A stretch of 64,000 bases of DNA. Source: a virus. The position numbers and the translations under genes are program-made. The notes under the pieces are model-generated. The model had not been told where the DNA came from, made no database searches, and worked only from the letters and a program-made list of their open reading frames with translations. The stretch spans positions 1 through 64,000 of IMG/VR virus record IMGVR_UViG_3300033148_004210; one strand, written 5' to 3'. Positions 29,679-39,368 of the stretch are shown here, in pieces (position 1 is the first letter of the stretch; every line of letters begins with the position of its first letter).

Positions 29679-30435
29679 AATTAAATACCAATATTTTAGA
29701 TTCAAGTTTCTCTAAATTTCCTAATTCTTTTTCCCATACTATTAAGGTTCTATATCCACATTTTTTGTAAGTTTTAATACGACGTTTATCTCTTTCCTTT
29801 ACATCTTTTCTATTATGCCAGTAATCGCCATATAATTCTATAATCTTTTTCTTATTTTTATGTATAAAATCAGGACAAAATCCTCCTATTATTAACTTTC
29901 CATCTCCTACGAATTTATATGTATTAGAAAATATTTTATTTAATAATTCGATTAATTTTAATTCTTTTTTATTAGGTGTTAATTTCAAAGCTTTCCAAGT
30001 GGCTTTGATAGTTTTTTCTCTAAATTTTAAATCCTTCCATTTCCTCTTACTTATTTCGGAAAATTTCTTTTTTTGTTTTTTAGAAAATTTTTTACCATAC
30101 ATCCCATTGTTTTTTCCTTTGGATTTTTCAGGATTAGTAATAATATCATATTTTCTTGCACAAGACCGACATCTTCCTCCTCCATAAACCCCAGAAAAAA
30201 CAGAAATTTCTTTACCACAATCTTTGCAAAAATACTGCTCAGAATATCTACCATCTATATATCTTCCATTATTTTTTCCTGAATTACTATTAGGACGAAT
30301 TTTTAATTTAAATTTTCTTAAATAATTTCCAACTGTCATTTGTGAACAGTCCATTGTTTTGACTGTTTGTGTTTGAGATTTTTTATTTTTATCGTATTCT
30401 CTTATTAAAAATTTTTTAGTTATTATTTTTTTCAT
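29671..30435 (-). CDS. Free-standing Vsr/DUF559-like endonuclease
   Basis: PNKKE...FVGDG...CPDF...IIELYGDYWH...RDKRR...RTLIVWEKEL; paralogue of 14021-14818. Confidence 0.8.
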   Translation of the reverse strand: MKKIITKKFLIREYDKNKKSQTQTVKTMDCSQMTVGNYLRKFKLKIRPNSNSGKNNGRYIDGRYSEQYFCKDCGKEISVFSGVYGGGRCRSCARKYDIITNPEKSKGKNNGMYGKKFSKKQKKKFSEISKRKWKDLKFREKTIKATWKALKLTPNKKELKLIELLNKIFSNTYKFVGDGKLIIGGFCPDFIHKNKKKIIELYGDYWHNRKDVKERDKRRIKTYKKCGYRTLIVWEKELGNLEKLESKILVFNYE

Positions 30436-30719
30436 TTTATTATTCTATTCCAAAAGTTATAAAAAAATTTTCCTAAAGGACTCCCTTCGTCTCCCGAATA
30501 AGAACAAGGTAAACCATAACCAATAGTTAAAACAGCATATAAGCTCATTATAGACAATACATACCATTGTTTTATTACAATAAAGGCTAATACACTAATT
30601 AATATAGGTAGTCCTAACCTTCTCCATAATTTAGAAGTATTATCTGCACCACCGAAAGCACCTAAAATACCTCCAATTAATCCTATTCCTATAGATTTAA
30701 ATATTTCTTTAATTTTCAT
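30432..30719 (-). CDS. Membrane protein, probable N-terminal half of a split gene
   Basis: GGILGAFGG...WRRLGLP...GYGLP; hydrophobic; TGA overlaps the endonuclease ATG. Confidence 0.5.
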   Translation of the reverse strand: MKIKEIFKSIGIGLIGGILGAFGGADNTSKLWRRLGLPILISVLAFIVIKQWYVLSIMSLYAVLTIGYGLPCSYSGDEGSPLGKFFYNFWNRIIK

Positions 30720-30745
30720 TTTCTTTCCCTCAATAATTTTTTTTA

Positions 30746-31366
30746 TTATCTTTTCCAATTTCTTCGATTACGATATTGTCTAGATTTTTGATGATGAAAT
30801 ATTACAGGTTTTTTTATATATTTTGGAATACTTCCATCGTGCATAGCAACTGTAGTATATTCTGCTGGTAATATGTAAGATTTTATTTCTTTATTATTTT
30901 TAATAATTTCTTGTAATATCCGTTGTTCCCACTTGGTAGAAGTCTTAGTCCTTTCTACCCATTTTCTTACTAAAGATAAAACCTTTTCATTATACCTGAA
31001 CATCATCGTTCCACTTAAAAGCTCCCATTTATCTCCACCTTCTTTATTACGCCATTGTCTCATCCAATCAAGTAAGTGATAGGCTATATCGTATTCTTCA
31101 GGTATCTCCCAAAATAAAGAAGGATGTTTCTCTATAGTGCCATCTGCATCTATAAATACTATATTTTTTTTGTGTTTTAATAACATTTTTAAAATAAATT
31201 CACTTTTGTAACTTGTATTTTTTTGCCAGTTTCCCCTGTCTTCCACTTCTTCTATATCATGAATTAAATTGAACTTTTCTAAGCTAGGTCTCAAATGGGT
31301 ATTCATTACTTTTTCATAAGGAGATTTACGAGTATAAAAACTTATAAATATTATTGATGAAGGCAT
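30746..31366 (-). CDS. GT-A fold nucleotide-diphospho-sugar transferase
   Basis: K..FIL..L...IVFIDADG (DxD), LLSGTMMF, WEQRIL, VIFHHQKSR. Confidence 0.7.
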   Translation of the reverse strand: MPSSIIFISFYTRKSPYEKVMNTHLRPSLEKFNLIHDIEEVEDRGNWQKNTSYKSEFILKMLLKHKKNIVFIDADGTIEKHPSLFWEIPEEYDIAYHLLDWMRQWRNKEGGDKWELLSGTMMFRYNEKVLSLVRKWVERTKTSTKWEQRILQEIIKNNKEIKSYILPAEYTTVAMHDGSIPKYIKKPVIFHHQKSRQYRNRRNWKR

Positions 31367-32160
31367 TGTTCTATCCATTCTACTATTGCTTTAGGAGTGC
31401 AGTATTGTCGAAATAAATCTTTGGCATTGAATCCGATAGCTTGACATTCTTTTCTATGAGTTTTACACCATTCTATTCTTTCAATCAAATTAGAATAATC
31501 CCTATAACATTCTAAATAATGAATATTGGGTATTAATTTTTTATTATAAGGTAATATAGTATTTATTTTTGGTGAAATAGTGCAACAACCAAATGCCATC
31601 ATTTGTAATTGACCTCTATCTAAAATATCATTTCTATAACCTGGAACATGGACAGATACCAAACAATTATTAGCTTTCTTCCAATAAGTAATTTGGTCTG
31701 TCAATGTAAAATTTACATAATCTCCATATCTATCTTTCAATTCCTTTTGGACTTTCTTTCTCCTTTCTTTAGCGTTAGCATAAGCCCGTTGATTATTTAA
31801 AATTATATCAGTGCCACAATTATATTCGATTTGTCCTTTCAAAAGGTTATATTCCTTCCAATCAAAAAAACTCATAGCTCCCAAAGGATAAAGATTTTTA
31901 ATTCCATCATGTATATTTTTAGTGACATGATATTTAAAACAAGCGTAATAATCTTTATATTTAGGATATAATTTTGGGTCATCGGAAACATCTATTAAAA
32001 TTTGTTTACCATCGATATTAATGGAGAAATGAGTAGTATCTAATTCAGTAGAAGAACAAAGCTCAATATTCGCTCCAGCTTCTTTGAATACATTGAGAAG
32101 GAAGAAGTAATGAAATTTATAGTAATGCTGGTGCTCTTTTTTAGGAAATTTAATTTTCAT
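31351..32160 (-). CDS. GT-B type glycosyltransferase-like protein
   Basis: C-terminal QMMAFGCCTISP...HYL...L.ERIEW...IGFNAKDLF resembles the Glyco_trans_1_2/CgeB domain. Confidence 0.6.
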   Translation of the reverse strand: MKIKFPKKEHQHYYKFHYFFLLNVFKEAGANIELCSSTELDTTHFSINIDGKQILIDVSDDPKLYPKYKDYYACFKYHVTKNIHDGIKNLYPLGAMSFFDWKEYNLLKGQIEYNCGTDIILNNQRAYANAKERRKKVQKELKDRYGDYVNFTLTDQITYWKKANNCLVSVHVPGYRNDILDRGQLQMMAFGCCTISPKINTILPYNKKLIPNIHYLECYRDYSNLIERIEWCKTHRKECQAIGFNAKDLFRQYCTPKAIVEWIEQCLHQ

Positions 32161-32162
32161 TT

Positions 32163-32342
32163 TTACACCTTATAGAATTTGTCAACATCGTGTCCTTGAC
32201 CGTTTCTTATTTCCATCCATTCAATACATTTAAGAGCACAATCTAAACCTTTATCATGAGGTTGTTTAGCTATTTTCCTGTTCTCTATTGCATCTAAAAT
32301 CGCGTCTTTGGCTAAATCTATTATTTCTTTTTTTGTAAACAT
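32163..32342 (-). CDS. 59-aa hypothetical protein (not in ORF track)
   Basis: MFTKKEIIDLAKDAIL...FYKV; TAATG coupling to the reductase. Confidence 0.5.
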   Translation of the reverse strand: MFTKKEIIDLAKDAILDAIENRKIAKQPHDKGLDCALKCIEWMEIRNGQGHDVDKFYKV

Positions 32343-33184
32343 TATCTTTTCCTTTCGATAAATTCTTTCATTTCTATTAATTGAGTTTTATAATTAGGTA
32401 TCTTAGGGTTATATTCTTTCTTTCGATTGTTGATTAGTGTTTTATCTTGTCTAAAGGTATCATTTTTCAATATATATACATCCCATTTTTCCCATATCCT
32501 ATCTATTAATTTCAATAAATCATATTTAGAAATTTTAAAATCAGGAGCAAGATGATAAAGTCCTATTAGTTTGGTATTTATAATCCTATCTATTTGTTTT
32601 GCAAGTTCGAACGTAGTAATCCCACTCCATATAGCCTTCGTATAGCCTTCTATATCCCCTTCTTGTCGCAGAAACCATTCAAAAAGACCACTTCCATCTC
32701 TCTTTAATTCATCTCCTATAATCGATAATCTAAGGGTCAGATGTTTATTATCTATAATTTCTCCCAGAACTTTAGTTTTTCCATAAACATTAGTTTCGTT
32801 TGGTATATCAGTCTCAGAATAATTTCCCTTCTTTCCATCAAAAACACAATCAGTGCTTATATGAATAATTTTAGTTTTCATATTTTTAGTAATATCTACT
32901 AGTGTATGAGGAAATACAGCATTAACAATCCAAGCGTTTTGAGGATATTTTTTAGAATCTTTAACTAAAATACCTACGCAGTTAATTATAATATCTGGCT
33001 GACTATTTATAATAACTCTTTCAAGAAAATTAATATCTCTAACTACATCTATAATAAGAGTATCTTTATTAAATTTTTGTCGGGCAGTATTTATTAATTC
33101 GTATTTATTAAGGGAGTCTAAATATTGGAAGATAGTATGACCAGCCATACCTCTTGAGCCGATGATGAGAACTTTCTTTTTCAT
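32342..33184 (-). CDS. RmlD-like NDP-4-keto-6-deoxyhexose reductase (QnlA/WbvR type)
   Basis: GSRGMAG Rossmann motif, HISTDCVFDG, YGKTK (YxxxK); no C-terminal cupin. Confidence 0.85.
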   Translation of the reverse strand: MKKKVLIIGSRGMAGHTIFQYLDSLNKYELINTARQKFNKDTLIIDVVRDINFLERVIINSQPDIIINCVGILVKDSKKYPQNAWIVNAVFPHTLVDITKNMKTKIIHISTDCVFDGKKGNYSETDIPNETNVYGKTKVLGEIIDNKHLTLRLSIIGDELKRDGSGLFEWFLRQEGDIEGYTKAIWSGITTFELAKQIDRIINTKLIGLYHLAPDFKISKYDLLKLIDRIWEKWDVYILKNDTFRQDKTLINNRKKEYNPKIPNYKTQLIEMKEFIERKR

Positions 33185-33196
33185 TCTTTTTTATCC

Positions 33197-33511
33197 TTAT
33201 TCGTTATATTTTTTAGCTAAATCAGGATACCAAAAACTTGAAACAGTATTTGACCCTTCTATTTTATCATCAATTTCATTTGTTCTTAATTGGGTTCTTA
33301 CCATTTCTATAGGAATTCGTTTAGTTGTTTCTATTATCGCAAACCCTCCATTATGTTCGAACCCTAAAGAATGTAACATTTTTAAAACTTTATTAAAATG
33401 CTTACTATCTTCTTTAGAATATATTCGAGTTTCAAGACAAGTATATAATCGAGGAACTACAGAATTATTATAAGAACATCTGGTTATAATTTGACCATAA
33501 TGCCATTTCAT
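33197..33511 (-). CDS. Hypothetical protein, copy 1 of a duplicated gene
   Basis: Near-identical to 60295-60630; ATGA overlap with the upstream dehydratase. Confidence 0.65.
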   Translation of the reverse strand: MKWHYGQIITRCSYNNSVVPRLYTCLETRIYSKEDSKHFNKVLKMLHSLGFEHNGGFAIIETTKRIPIEMVRTQLRTNEIDDKIEGSNTVSSFWYPDLAKKYNE

Positions 33512-33515
33512 TTTA
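33216..33515. repeat. 300-bp direct repeat, copy 1
   Basis: 9 mismatches versus 60335-60634 by manual alignment. Confidence 0.95.
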
Positions 33516-34491
33516 AGTAGCCTCCTCTTTTAAGTAACTCTTTAATTTCTTCTTTTGTCATAAGCTTTTGATATGAATTATATTCTTCTAAAGTTGTTTT
33601 CTTATATCCTATATTATTTGCTGAATCCGCTTCATTGGTAATTAAATAATAATTCTTACCGTATTCATAAGCATTTGAAGTTTCATGTTTAGAGATAAGA
33701 ACTTCATCTATCTTTTCACCAGGTCTTATACCCATTATTTCTATTTTAGTATCTTTATTACCATAATATTCTTTCATAACTTCGGCTAAATCTATAAGCT
33801 TGCATGAAGGCATTTTCATAACAAACAATCCACCATTAATACCACTTCTCATAGCGACAAATAAAAGTTTAATTGCTTCTGGTAAAGTAAGGAAATATCG
33901 AGTCATTTCTTTAGAAGTTACCGAAATTTTATTAAATCGTTTAATCTGGTCTATCCAATGAGGCACTACTGAACCTGCTGTGCCTAAAACATTACCACCC
34001 CTTACAACCATAAATTTAGTTTTTTCACTTAATTTTGAGGCATTAAGCATGAGTTTTTCTCCTATAGCCTTAGTCATACCATAAGTATTGATTGGAAGAA
34101 CTGCTTTATCAGAAGAAACATCCACTACTAATTCAACCTCATTATCAATAGAAGCTCTTATTATATTTCGAGTGCCATTAATATTCGTTTTTATCGCTTC
34201 ATAAGGGAATTCTTCACAAATGGGAACGTGCTTGAGGGCTGAAAGATGAAAAACGTAATTAACCCCCTTACAGGCAAATTTAAGTTTACCATAGTCTCTG
34301 ACATTACCAATTTCTATTTTAATGCGAGGGTCATTGAATTTTCTCTTCATGGATACTTGATTGAATTCATTACGAGCAAGGATTTTAATTTGTTTTACGT
34401 CGAATTGTAGTAACTGTTTAGTTAATTCTTGACCCCAACTCCCAGTTCCTCCGCTTACCAGAATTATTTTTCCTTTAAACATATTTCCCAT
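33508..34491 (-). CDS. UDP-GlcNAc 4,6-dehydratase/5-epimerase (FnlA/CapE family)
   Basis: SGGTGSWG, HLSALKHVP, SSDKAV, YGMTK, RGGNVLGTAGSV, RPGEKIDEVL. Confidence 0.88.
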   Translation of the reverse strand: MGNMFKGKIILVSGGTGSWGQELTKQLLQFDVKQIKILARNEFNQVSMKRKFNDPRIKIEIGNVRDYGKLKFACKGVNYVFHLSALKHVPICEEFPYEAIKTNINGTRNIIRASIDNEVELVVDVSSDKAVLPINTYGMTKAIGEKLMLNASKLSEKTKFMVVRGGNVLGTAGSVVPHWIDQIKRFNKISVTSKEMTRYFLTLPEAIKLLFVAMRSGINGGLFVMKMPSCKLIDLAEVMKEYYGNKDTKIEIMGIRPGEKIDEVLISKHETSNAYEYGKNYYLITNEADSANNIGYKKTTLEEYNSYQKLMTKEEIKELLKRGGYLK

Positions 34492-35571
34492 TTATATTCT
34501 CCCTGTTAAATATTTAATAATTTTTTCCGACACGTTTAAATCCATATAACCTTCTGGCATATCCCAATTTCTTTTAGAAGTTACCATTAATTCTGTGCAT
34601 TTTAAAATACTTTTTCCATCTATTCCTGATAATATTGCACTACCTACTTCAATAGTTTCAGGTCTTTCCGTTGAATTACGACAAATAACTGTAGGAGTTT
34701 TTAAAATTGTCCCTTCTTCACAAACTGTTCCCGAATCACTTATAATACATAAAGCATTTTTTTCTAATTTTACGAAGTCAAAAAATGATAAAGGTTCTAA
34801 AAATTTAATATTTTTGTTAAGAGCTTTCAATCCCCATTTATCCAGCTTTTGTCTGGTTCTTGGATGGATACTTGCGATTATAGGTAAATTATATTTACTT
34901 GCAACTAATTGTAAACCGAATATTATTTCATATAATTTTGTATATTCATCAACACACTCAGCCCGATGAAACGTAGCTAAAAAATAACCTCTTGAATTTA
35001 GATTTAATTTTTTCAATATTTTACTTGCTTGTATTTTAGTTTCATAAAATTTTATTACTTCTCTAATAGGATTACCCGATATAATTATTTTCTTTCTATC
35101 TATACCTTCTTTACATAAATTTCTTCGACTTCCAGGAGTATAAGGAAAATTATAGGTAGAAACATGGTCAATTATTTTGCGGTTAATCTCTTCAGGAACT
35201 TCTTTATTATAACATCTATTACCAGCTTCCATATGGTAAACAGGTATTCCCATTCTTTCCGCTATAATTGCAGATAACCCTGAATTTGTATCGCCTAAAA
35301 CTAATACTTTATCTGGTTTTTCTCTAATAAATATCTTCTCAACTTCTCTTAAAATAATACCGATTTGTTCTCCCATACTTCCTTTAGCTCCTAAATAGTA
35401 ATCGGGTTGTCTTAATCCCAAATCTTTAAAGAATATATCACTAAGTTTAGGGTCGTAATTCTGACCCGTATGAATCATAATATGGTCACAAACTTTATCA
35501 AGTTTTGGCATAATCCGAGATAGTCTAATAGTTTCAGGTCTAGTTCCTAAAACTGTAATAATTTTATCCAT
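34492..35571 (-). CDS. Non-hydrolysing UDP-sugar 2-epimerase (FnlC/WbjD/QnlB type)
   Basis: GTRPETIRLS, HTGQNYD, LGDTNS, HMEAGNRC, PEEINR, SDSGTVCEE, TERPE. Confidence 0.9.
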   Translation of the reverse strand: MDKIITVLGTRPETIRLSRIMPKLDKVCDHIMIHTGQNYDPKLSDIFFKDLGLRQPDYYLGAKGSMGEQIGIILREVEKIFIREKPDKVLVLGDTNSGLSAIIAERMGIPVYHMEAGNRCYNKEVPEEINRKIIDHVSTYNFPYTPGSRRNLCKEGIDRKKIIISGNPIREVIKFYETKIQASKILKKLNLNSRGYFLATFHRAECVDEYTKLYEIIFGLQLVASKYNLPIIASIHPRTRQKLDKWGLKALNKNIKFLEPLSFFDFVKLEKNALCIISDSGTVCEEGTILKTPTVICRNSTERPETIEVGSAILSGIDGKSILKCTELMVTSKRNWDMPEGYMDLNVSEKIIKYLTGRI

Positions 35572-37270
35572 TTAAATTTCTCCCATTAAAGTTATCGTTC
35601 AACGCTTTTTTCATACATAAACCTATGACTTTATCAAATTCTTGCCAATTTTCTTCACAAACTTTATTTACCATTTTACCAGCTAAAGGATGTCCAGCAT
35701 ACCAATGTAATCCTATAGTATTTTTTGTTATTCTACATAAATTAGGTTCTGTGTATATTTCATTTATTTTAGTAGCATTGTATGGATAAACTGTAGATTC
35801 GGAAATATTTTTAGGGAACAACACGGGAAATCTTTTATTTATCGATTCAATAGAAGAGAATTCTTTATTTAATAATTTAACTCCTATACTTTGATAATGA
35901 GAGGAATTAAATTTTTTACGAGCTTCTGCAAACAAATAATCGAAATATCTATTTTTAGGGGAAGATAACATAAATCCTATAGAATGACCATAGTCTTTTC
36001 CAATACAAACAACAGTATCTGTTTGATTATAATCTTCTCGATTAATTTTTATTTGATTCATAGATTCGAAATATATTATATCCATATCTGACCATAATCC
36101 TCCTTCAATAGCTAATAAATACCATCTTAAAAAATCGGATTTATGGACTTCTGAAATATTATTATTTACTCCCAAAGCTCTCATATCTACAGTAATAATT
36201 TCCACTCCCATCTTTTTTAATTTTGAAAAATAATTTGCACCTGTTAATTGATATTTTTGTTCATTAGTTGTCCATGTTTTTGTTTTGGTTGGAAACAGTG
36301 GAACATAAAATTTAATTTTCCAATCAGAATTAAATTTATGAAAAGATAATACTGTCAAATATCTAAGAAATGGTAATATTTCTTCTCCCCAATAAAAATG
36401 AGCAACTTTAGGAATTCTATTTAAATTCCATTTTATCTTTCTTTCCTTATACATGTCTATTAATTTTTTATTATCCTCACTGTCTTTCATTTGTCCCCAA
36501 ATTTTACCAACATTACTGTATATAATCCCTTCTTTATCTTTTTTTTCATATAAATTTTTATTATGATGATATAATTGCATAATACTTTTTAATCCTATTC
36601 TATGCCGAGGGTGATATAAATGAATAATAGTAGAATTTATTTTTGTATAAGTGCATCCATATCTTCTTAATCTCGCAATAAAATCTGTATCATCGTAAGC
36701 CCATCCAATAAAATCTTCATCGTATCCTCCAATAGTTAAATAATCTTTTTTATTCATTCCTAAAAAGAAAGGAAGATGAGTTTGTAAACCTTTTAAAGAA
36801 TTTACTTTAGACTTATCTATTATTTCTCCTTTAGTATTTTCAATATATTCTAAAAACAAACCTTTCCTATCATCTTTACCAAAAGTTTTAACCAATTTCT
36901 TTTTTTGGTTAATTAAATTTTTTATTACTTTTTGAATGGCTCGATTATCCATATGAAAAATTTCAGGACAAGTTAAAATAATATATTTACCTTTGGCTCG
37001 TTTAACTCCTATATTTATTGCATATCCTGGACATCTCCAGAAAATATGTTTCAAATTTCTTTGTCCTGTAAAAACATATTTAATATTTAATTTATTTTTA
37101 TATAGTTCACATATTTTTTCGGTTTCATCAGGAATTCCATCGTTTAAAACTATTATTTCAAAAGAATAAGAACATTTTTGTTGAGACAAGGAATGTAATC
37201 CCCATTTTAATAAATGTGCTCTTTTAAAAGAAGGTATTATTATCGAACATGTGGGTTTTTTAGCTTTCAT
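35564..37270 (-). CDS. Two-domain glycosyltransferase (GT2-like + GT32/DxD-like)
   Basis: SIIIPSF..IIVLNDG..GGYDEDF.GWAYDDTDF; second domain IPKVAHFYW..SDFLR..GGLWSDMD. Confidence 0.8.
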   Translation of the reverse strand: MKAKKPTCSIIIPSFKRAHLLKWGLHSLSQQKCSYSFEIIVLNDGIPDETEKICELYKNKLNIKYVFTGQRNLKHIFWRCPGYAINIGVKRAKGKYIILTCPEIFHMDNRAIQKVIKNLINQKKKLVKTFGKDDRKGLFLEYIENTKGEIIDKSKVNSLKGLQTHLPFFLGMNKKDYLTIGGYDEDFIGWAYDDTDFIARLRRYGCTYTKINSTIIHLYHPRHRIGLKSIMQLYHHNKNLYEKKDKEGIIYSNVGKIWGQMKDSEDNKKLIDMYKERKIKWNLNRIPKVAHFYWGEEILPFLRYLTVLSFHKFNSDWKIKFYVPLFPTKTKTWTTNEQKYQLTGANYFSKLKKMGVEIITVDMRALGVNNNISEVHKSDFLRWYLLAIEGGLWSDMDIIYFESMNQIKINREDYNQTDTVVCIGKDYGHSIGFMLSSPKNRYFDYLFAEARKKFNSSHYQSIGVKLLNKEFSSIESINKRFPVLFPKNISESTVYPYNATKINEIYTEPNLCRITKNTIGLHWYAGHPLAGKMVNKVCEENWQEFDKVIGLCMKKALNDNFNGRNLNG

Positions 37271-38228
37271 TTAACCAGCCTTGAATTTTATTGTCTATAA
37301 TAGAAGCTACTTTTTTCATATCTGTGCATTTTTGTATTTGACTGTCCCATTTCTTTTTATTTATTGGAGTATTTATTTCTTTTAATAATTCTATTTTATT
37401 ATTAAAAATTGGGATATTAAATCTATCAATATTATATTTAGGTATTGCTCCATTAGGACTTAATACTTTTATACCTCTTACTAACATATCAATAACACTG
37501 AAATTATAACTACCTACATGTGTAATTATAAAAGTCTCCATTGTTTGAGTTTTTTCTAAATAATCCATATAATCGGTTGCTTGTATAGGAATAATCCAAT
37601 TAGGTAATACCTTTAAATGCTCGTTTTTCGGATTTCCGCATTTCAAATCAATAGAACGAGAAATAAGACTGTATATTTTATATTCGTTTTTTATCTCCTC
37701 TAACCAATTCCAAATTCTTTTTGACCAAGCGTAATGTTTTATTTTCTCATTTTTCCAGGCATTTAAATATATATGGTCTAATAAAATAGATTTAGATTCT
37801 TTCGGAATATTAAAATAAAAATCAGAAATATAAGGAGCTGGAATTATTTCTGTTTTATTTTTATCCTGCTTAAAAGGAGCATTTTTAAACATAAAAGAAA
37901 AATCTGATAGTTCTCCTATTTCTAAAAACGATATAACTTTTTTACATTTCTTTTTTAATAACGATATGTTTTCTTGGGTAAAGAAAGGATGATAATTTAT
38001 TATTATAATAAAATCTACATTTGGTATTTTTGATAAGTCTAATTTTGGCATTGATAGTCCACTATAATTTTTATTGGTCTTTATAAAATAATCACTTTCG
38101 ATTAAAGTAATATGTTCCATTTGTTTAAAGGACTGTTCTAGTCCATAAGTAAGCATTGAAAAACATAGATTTATATGTCTCTTGTTTTTTACTGGATAAC
38201 CTAATATTAATAGTTTATATTTTTTCAT
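37260..38228 (-). CDS. Hypothetical protein, possible GT-B glycosyltransferase
   Basis: Cluster context; FIITHVGSYNFSVIDMLVRGIKV resembles the GT-B ExFG...E..A.G..V motif. Confidence 0.45.
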   Translation of the reverse strand: MKKYKLLILGYPVKNKRHINLCFSMLTYGLEQSFKQMEHITLIESDYFIKTNKNYSGLSMPKLDLSKIPNVDFIIIINYHPFFTQENISLLKKKCKKVISFLEIGELSDFSFMFKNAPFKQDKNKTEIIPAPYISDFYFNIPKESKSILLDHIYLNAWKNEKIKHYAWSKRIWNWLEEIKNEYKIYSLISRSIDLKCGNPKNEHLKVLPNWIIPIQATDYMDYLEKTQTMETFIITHVGSYNFSVIDMLVRGIKVLSPNGAIPKYNIDRFNIPIFNNKIELLKEINTPINKKKWDSQIQKCTDMKKVASIIDNKIQGWLNES

Positions 38229-38796
38229 TTTTTAATGTTATTATATGTTCAATTACAAATCTTTTATTTAAATTATATTTTCGAGTATTGTTATCAGTAT
38301 AAAAATTCTTTTTGGGTTTTTTCCAATCATTACCATATAAAATGTTTAAATAAGATTTATAATCTAAAATTATTTTAACTTCTTTACCTAGAAACAAGTA
38401 TTCGTTTCTTTCTGATATTATTTTTCTTGGGAAATATCTGATATGTTGTTTACTTAAATCTATACAATAATAAATATCTTTTTTCTTACTTAAAAAATAT
38501 CTATCTATATCCACATGTAAAGAACTATCTTCTTCTATTTTAATCGACCAATTGCCTCTAATTAAAGGAATTTTTAATCCTCTTTTATATAAAGAACTTA
38601 AAAAAGCATTGAGTTTATTATAATCATCAAAAAAATCATTAGTTGTTCCTATATCTATATCTTTATCATATTTAATAAAATCTTTATTTCTCATAGCTCC
38701 TAATAATGTTCCAGCTTCTAAAAAATAATCTATATTATTTTCTTCTAAAGCTTCTATTACTTTGAATAACAATTCTTTTGCTTTTGTTTTATTCAT
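38215..38796 (-). CDS. LicD family phosphotransferase
   Basis: YFLEAGTLLGAMR..DFIKYDKDIDIG...YLNILYGNDW. Confidence 0.88.
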   Translation of the reverse strand: MNKTKAKELLFKVIEALEENNIDYFLEAGTLLGAMRNKDFIKYDKDIDIGTTNDFFDDYNKLNAFLSSLYKRGLKIPLIRGNWSIKIEEDSSLHVDIDRYFLSKKKDIYYCIDLSKQHIRYFPRKIISERNEYLFLGKEVKIILDYKSYLNILYGNDWKKPKKNFYTDNNTRKYNLNKRFVIEHIITLKNEKI

Positions 38797-39368
38797 TTTA
38801 CATCCTTATATAAAGGCATAATAGATTGGTAACTTATTAAAGTATAATGTTTATAAGGTATTTTATTTGTCCTACCTTTTTTTCCATGTTGAGGTATTCT
38901 CCAATCATTGCCATATAAATAATTTAAATATTTTTCTGGATTATGAGGAACTTTAAATTTCCTTTCTAAGAAAATAAGAGTGTCTAATGAACTTATAAAT
39001 TCTTCTGGAAACTTACTTATCATATCTTTTAAATAAATGTTATAATATTTTCCTTCTTTTTTATAATGATAAACATCAAGAGGCACTTTATTAGCATTTA
39101 AAAAACATGTCGAAGCAAAATCATTCCAATTTATATGTGGATAAATATTAACTTTCTTTAAATCTGCAAGTATATTATGCCACAATTTACCATCTTTAAA
39201 ATACTTATATTTGACTCCTATATCAATATCAGCATCTCCTTTAATAAAATTATTATCTCGGATTGCTCCTAAAAGAGTCCCAGAAGATAAGAAAAATTCT
39301 ATATTATATTTTTCTAATACATCTGCCATTTTAAAAAGATAGTTTTTTAACCCTAAATTTTTACTCAT
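38793..39368 (-). CDS. LicD family phosphotransferase
   Basis: FFLSSGTLLGAIRDNNFIKGDADIDIG...PHNPEKYLNYLYGNDWRIP. Confidence 0.88.
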   Translation of the reverse strand: MSKNLGLKNYLFKMADVLEKYNIEFFLSSGTLLGAIRDNNFIKGDADIDIGVKYKYFKDGKLWHNILADLKKVNIYPHINWNDFASTCFLNANKVPLDVYHYKKEGKYYNIYLKDMISKFPEEFISSLDTLIFLERKFKVPHNPEKYLNYLYGNDWRIPQHGKKGRTNKIPYKHYTLISYQSIMPLYKDVK

